DNA of 64,000 nucleotides from an uncultured Gemmatimonadota bacterium (GTDB lineage: Bacteria; Blakebacterota; Blakebacteria; Blakebacterales; Blakebacteraceae): contig CAZNUA010000004.1 of assembly GCA_964576115.1 (NCBI GenBank), forward strand, positions 56,968 through 120,967. The letters are read 5' to 3'. A program made the position numbers and the translations under genes. Position 1 is the first letter of the stretch, and each line of letters begins with the position of its first letter. A model generated the notes under the pieces. It was not told the DNA's origin and searched no databases. It saw only the letters and a list, made by a program, of their open reading frames with translations. Shown piece by piece: positions 59,914-64,000 of the stretch.

Positions 59914-62610
59914 ATGACGATGGATAAAGCCTATACCCCGGGACAGATCGAGGCGGAGTGGTACGACCGCTGGGAGGCGGCGGGCGCCTTCGCCCCGGGC
60001 GGCGAGGGGCAGCCCTACGCCATCTCCCTGCCGCCGCCGAATGTGACCGGGGTTCTGCACATGGGCCACGCCCTCGATCACACCCTGCAGGACGTGCCGA
60101 TGCGCTTTCAGCGCATGCGCGGCCGGCGCGCGCTCTGGCTGCCGGGCACCGATCATGCCGGGATCGCCACCCAGAACGTGGTCGAACGCACCCTGCGCGA
60201 AGCGGGCGCGAGCCGCGAGGACATGGGGCGGGAGGCGTTCGTGACCCGGGTCTGGGAGTGGGTCGAAGAATACGGCAGCGCCATAACGCGTCAGATCCGC
60301 CGGCTCGGGGATTCGGTCGACTGGAGTCGCGAGCGCTTCACCCTCGACGAGGGTCTCTCGACCGCCGTGGCCGAAGTTTTCATCCGGCTCTACGAGAAGG
60401 GGCTGATCTACCGCGGCCACTACCTGGTCAACTGGTGCCCCCGCTGCCATACCGCTCTGTCCAACGAAGAGGTCAATCACCTCGAGACCGCAGGTCACCT
60501 CTGGCACATCCGCTACCCCGGCGCCGACGGCTCCGAGGGAATCGTCGTGGCCACCACCCGGCCCGAAACGATGCTCGGCGACACCGCCGTTGCGGTCCAT
60601 CCCGACGACGAGCGCTACCGCGACCTGATCGGTTCGCACGTTCTGCTTCCCCTGCTCGAGCGCGAGCTGCCGGTCATCGCCGACGAAGCGGTCGATCGGG
60701 AATTCGGCACCGGAGCGGTCAAGGTGACCCCCGCCCACGATCCCAACGACTGGGAGATGGCCCGGCGGCACGACCTGGAGATCGTCGAGGCGATCGATAC
60801 CGCCGCCCGCATCACCGCCGAAGGCGGACCGTACGAGGGCCTGGACCGTTTCGAGGCCCGCGAGCGGATCGTGGCTGATCTCGAGGCCGGGGGACTCCTG
60901 CTCGCGGTCGAGGACCACACTCACGCCGTGGGCCACTGTCAGCGCTGTCGCACCGCCCTCGAACCCGCCCTCAGCGACCAGTGGTTCGTGAAGATGAAAC
61001 CGCTGGCCGAGGCCGCGCTCGAGGCCCTGGATCGCGGCGAACCCGACATCCGTCCGGCCCGCTGGAAGAAGGTGTACCGGCAGTGGCTCGAGAACATCCA
61101 CGACTGGTGTATCAGCCGCCAGCTCTGGTGGGGGCACCAGATTCCGGTCTGGCACTGCCGTGCCGACGGGTGCGGAGCCATGGTCGCCTCGCGGACCGAG
61201 CCTGAAGGGCCCTGTGAGACGTGCGGCGAGCGGGCCTGGGAACAGGATCCCGACGTCCTCGATACCTGGTTTTCCTCCTGGCTCTGGCCCTTCTCGACCC
61301 TGGGCTGGCCCGAGGAGACGGCCGACCTCGCGACCTTCTATCCGACCACCCTGCTTGTGAGCGGGTACGACATCCTCTTCTTCTGGGACACCCGCATGGT
61401 CATGGCCGGGCTCGAGTTCACCGGCCGGGTGCCCTTCGAAACGCTTTACATCCACGGCATGATCCAGGACGAACTGGGCCGTCCGATGAGCAAGAGCCTG
61501 GGCAACGGCATCGATCCGATCGAGATGATCGACCGCTACGGGGCCGATGCGGTGCGGTACAGTCTCTGCTCGCTGACCAGCGAAGGGCAGGACATCAAGC
61601 TGGCGGAATCGAAGTTCGAGATGGGACGGAACTTCGCCAACAAGCTCTGGAACGCCTCGCGCTTCGTGCTCATGAACCTCGAGGGCCACGAGCCCGCCGA
61701 CGGCCCGGTCGCGCTCGAGCCGGCTGACCGCTGGATCCTGAGCCGTCTGGCCGCGCATATCGAAAGCCTTACCGCCCGGCTCGAGAACCTCAAGTACGCC
61801 GACGCCGCCCGCGAACTCTATGTCTTCGTCTGGAACGAGTTCTGCGACTGGTATCTCGAACTCGTCAAGGAGCGCCTGGCCGAGCCGGACTCGGCCGGTG
61901 CCGCCGGGGTGCGAGCTCTGCTGACCGCTCTGCTCGACGCCATCCTGCGTCTGCTCCACCCCTATATGCCCTTCATCACCAGCGAGATTCACGCCCGTCT
62001 GGTCGAGACGGTCGCAGGCGGACTCGTCGCGGTGCGATCGGTCGGGACCGAGGCCGGGATCGAACGGATCCCGGGGCCCGAATTCCTGATGACCGCATCC
62101 TGGCCCGAGGCGCCTCCCGGGGCCGCCGATCCCGGGACCGAGAGCGAGATGGAACTCATCCAGGCGATCGTCACTGCGGTCCGGGCCATCAGGGGCGAAA
62201 TGAACATTCCCCCGGGCACGCGCGGTCGTCTGTCCGTAACCGGAGAGAGCGAAGACAGGCTGGCGGTCATCGATCGCCGGGAAGCGGAGATCGTCGCGCT
62301 GGCCGGACTCGAAGCGGTCACGACCGCACCGCAGATGGACAAACCGCCCGCGTCGGCCTCGAGCGTCGTGGAGGATCTGGCGCTCTACCTGCCTCTGGAG
62401 GGGCTCATCGATCTCGAGGTGGAACGGGAACGGCTCTCAAAGGAAGCCGAGCGGCTCGAGGGGGCGCTGGCCGCCGCGACGGGCAAACTGGCCAATAACG
62501 ATTTTCTCACCCGGGCTCCGGCCGAAGTCGTGGAGCGCGAACGCGAGAAAGAAGAATCCCTGCGCGAGGCGCTGGCCCGGGTCGGCGCCCTGCTGGCCGA
62601 CCTCGACTGA
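59914..62610 (+). CDS. valS: Valine-tRNA ligase
   Basis: HMGH-type motif (PPNVTGVLHMGHAL) and KMSKS motif (RPMSKSLGN). There is a C-terminal coiled-coil. 898 aa. Confidence 0.95.
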   Translation: MTMDKAYTPGQIEAEWYDRWEAAGAFAPGGEGQPYAISLPPPNVTGVLHMGHALDHTLQDVPMRFQRMRGRRALWLPGTDHAGIATQNVVERTLREAGASREDMGREAFVTRVWEWVEEYGSAITRQIRRLGDSVDWSRERFTLDEGLSTAVAEVFIRLYEKGLIYRGHYLVNWCPRCHTALSNEEVNHLETAGHLWHIRYPGADGSEGIVVATTRPETMLGDTAVAVHPDDERYRDLIGSHVLLPLLERELPVIADEAVDREFGTGAVKVTPAHDPNDWEMARRHDLEIVEAIDTAARITAEGGPYEGLDRFEARERIVADLEAGGLLLAVEDHTHAVGHCQRCRTALEPALSDQWFVKMKPLAEAALEALDRGEPDIRPARWKKVYRQWLENIHDWCISRQLWWGHQIPVWHCRADGCGAMVASRTEPEGPCETCGERAWEQDPDVLDTWFSSWLWPFSTLGWPEETADLATFYPTTLLVSGYDILFFWDTRMVMAGLEFTGRVPFETLYIHGMIQDELGRPMSKSLGNGIDPIEMIDRYGADAVRYSLCSLTSEGQDIKLAESKFEMGRNFANKLWNASRFVLMNLEGHEPADGPVALEPADRWILSRLAAHIESLTARLENLKYADAARELYVFVWNEFCDWYLELVKERLAEPDSAGAAGVRALLTALLDAILRLLHPYMPFITSEIHARLVETVAGGLVAVRSVGTEAGIERIPGPEFLMTASWPEAPPGAADPGTESEMELIQAIVTAVRAIRGEMNIPPGTRGRLSVTGESEDRLAVIDRREAEIVALAGLEAVTTAPQMDKPPASASSVVEDLALYLPLEGLIDLEVERERLSKEAERLEGALAAATGKLANNDFLTRAPAEVVEREREKEESLREALARVGALLADLD

Positions 62611-62703
62611 TCCCGACCTTCCCGACCTTTCTCTGAGCGGTCGTTTCGCCCTCGAATCAGCGTTTTACGATCATGCCCGTATCGGTGGGCCGGGGTATTC
62701 CCC

Positions 62704-63531
62704 TCAGCGGGGCGGTTCTCCCTGCTCGATCCGGCGGCGCAGGCGTCGGCGGCCGAACCAGGTCAGCAGTGCCACCAGCAGGCTCACCGCCGCCACGATG
62801 AGCAGTGTGTGCAGGAAGTGGGTGCTGCGGGCCGAAGCGCCGATGCGGGCCGAGAAGCCTTCGGCGGCGCGGTGGCCGCGCCCGATTCCCTGCAGATCGG
62901 TCGACCAGGACACACTTGCCTTGTCGAGCATCCACTGACCGTTGGTACTGCTGATCGTCGGCGAGTGCAGGGTGACGGTCAGGGTCGCCGTGTCGAGGAA
63001 TTCGGCCATCGCCGCTTCGCCGAAACGGCTGACGAGCCGGGTGTGATCGGCCGGGAGCAGGAAGGATGTCTGCGGGGCGGGGGGCTCGCTGAACCAGATC
63101 AGACCCTCCTCGTCTTCCTCGATCGAGAAGGCGAGCAGGCGGGTCCAGGGGGCCGAACCGGGTATGCGCTCGGCGGCGGTTTCGAGAACATCGGCCGCGA
63201 TCGCGGGCAGCAGGTGCCAGTCCACGGGATTGAGATCGAGTTCGGCATGGTCGAAGCCGTCACGGCTGTACCACGAGACGACCGGATTCGAACGCAGGCG
63301 CGGATCCCCCACCAGGGGGCGGGCCGCCCGGCGCAGGTCTTCCACGATCTCCGATTCCACCAGCCCGCCGGGCCCGGGTTCACCGCCCGATTCGGGGATG
63401 CCGATGTCCAGATGCAGGCGACCGCTGCCGTCGGGATTGATCCAGATGTCCTGCTCCACGGTGAAACAGCCCGTGAGCAGGGGCAGCAGGATCAGGAACC
63501 GCAGCAGGGTGCCGGGGCGCCGTCGTCCCAT
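62704..63531 (-). CDS. Hypothetical protein with an N-terminal lipoprotein signal and a C-terminal TM anchor
   Basis: Starts MGRRRPGTLLRFLILLPLLTGC, which contains a lipobox. The C-terminus is hydrophobic (LLIVAAVSLLVALLTWF) and is followed by RRRLRRR. No recognisable family. Confidence 0.45.
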   Translation of the reverse strand: MGRRRPGTLLRFLILLPLLTGCFTVEQDIWINPDGSGRLHLDIGIPESGGEPGPGGLVESEIVEDLRRAARPLVGDPRLRSNPVVSWYSRDGFDHAELDLNPVDWHLLPAIAADVLETAAERIPGSAPWTRLLAFSIEEDEEGLIWFSEPPAPQTSFLLPADHTRLVSRFGEAAMAEFLDTATLTVTLHSPTISSTNGQWMLDKASVSWSTDLQGIGRGHRAAEGFSARIGASARSTHFLHTLLIVAAVSLLVALLTWFGRRRLRRRIEQGEPPR

Positions 63532-63722
63532 ACCGTTCGGAATACTCCCGGTGACAGAGTGGGTTATTGGCGGCGGATCGCGTGGCCACAAGCCACGCCC
63601 GCCCGCTCTCAACATATCCTGCTCTGCCCGGCCCCGCCAACCGGTATGCGCCGATCCCGAAGCGGGTTGACGTTCCCCGCTGCGGACCGGTAGAGTCCCT
63701 GCGCCCCTCAGGAGGAGGAGCT

Positions 63723-64000
63723 ATGACGCACCTCGCACGAATTGCCGTGGTCGAGGACGACCCGGTCCTTCTGGATATCATCACCCGGACCCTGAAAGAG
63801 CGCGGTTACGACGTCGGTGCTTTCGCCGACGGACAGTCTTTCCTCGGAGCCCTCGATGCCGGTGATACTCCCGAAGCCGCCTTCCTCGATCTGAAACTGC
63901 CCGATGCCGACGGGATCGTTCTGTTGCGCCGCCTGCGTTCGGATGTGCCCGCCTGCCGGGTTGTCATGATGACCGCCTATGCATCCTTCGAGAGCGTGCT
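63723..64000 (+). CDS. Response regulator receiver domain. Partial: it runs off the 3' end of the window.
   Basis: MTHLARIAVVEDDPVLLDIITRTLKERGYDV…LDLKLPDADGIVLLRRLR…VVMMTAY carries the CheY-like receiver motifs, including the phospho-acceptor Asp in LDLKLPD. Confidence 0.75.
   Translation, partial: MTHLARIAVVEDDPVLLDIITRTLKERGYDVGAFADGQSFLGALDAGDTPEAAFLDLKLPDADGIVLLRRLRSDVPACRVVMMTAYASFESV

Overview
This is a very GC-rich (about 70%) and gene-dense stretch of bacterial chromosome made up almost entirely of core housekeeping genes. Nearly all genes sit on the + strand, with short overlaps or small gaps between them. Only glnE and one hypothetical lipoprotein are on the - strand. No rRNA or tRNA genes, CRISPR arrays, IS elements, transposons or integrases are detectable.

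Gene content, in order:
- Outer-membrane biogenesis: the C-terminal 850 residues of a TamB-like AsmA-family protein, then a BamA/TamA-family Omp85 protein.
- rodZ and priA.
- rho, with a roughly 250-nt leader.
- rpmE, prfA, prmC, murA, dnaE and an LptE-like lipoprotein.
- A compact nitrogen-status module: glnA, glnD, glnE (reverse strand) and glnB, followed by purN and purH.
- The cell-shape cluster mreB, mreC, mreD, mrdA and rodA, then lgt.
- yicC, gmk, rpoZ and coaBC.
- A family-4 uracil-DNA glycosylase, dnaB, mlaE, mlaF and yajC.
- def, fmt, rsmB, a kinase-less membrane PASTA protein, and rpe.
- ffh, rpsP (with an acidic repeat tail), rimM, trmD and rplS.
- A single ORF fusing RNase HII to a YraN-type endonuclease.
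- An MFS (UMF1-like) transporter, a hypothetical lipoprotein, an NAD-dependent epimerase and lnt.
- An ECF sigma factor, a zinc-binding anti-sigma factor and an HtrA-like protein.
- A BtuFCD-like ABC transporter, valS and the start of a response regulator.

The gene order is Firmicutes/Deinococcus-like even though LPS and outer-membrane genes (bamA, tamB, lptE-like, mlaEF, lnt) are present.

The most unusual points are:
- a stand-alone PASTA-domain protein in the position Firmicutes give to PrkC;
- the RnhB-YraN fusion;
- an HtrA-like protein whose catalytic His and Asp appear substituted, inside an ECF sigma operon;
- co-localisation of the whole GlnD / PII / GlnE / GS cascade;
- short islands of A/T-ending rare codons inside dnaE, bamA and lnt.

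The many long antisense ORFs in the six-frame track are high-GC artefacts.
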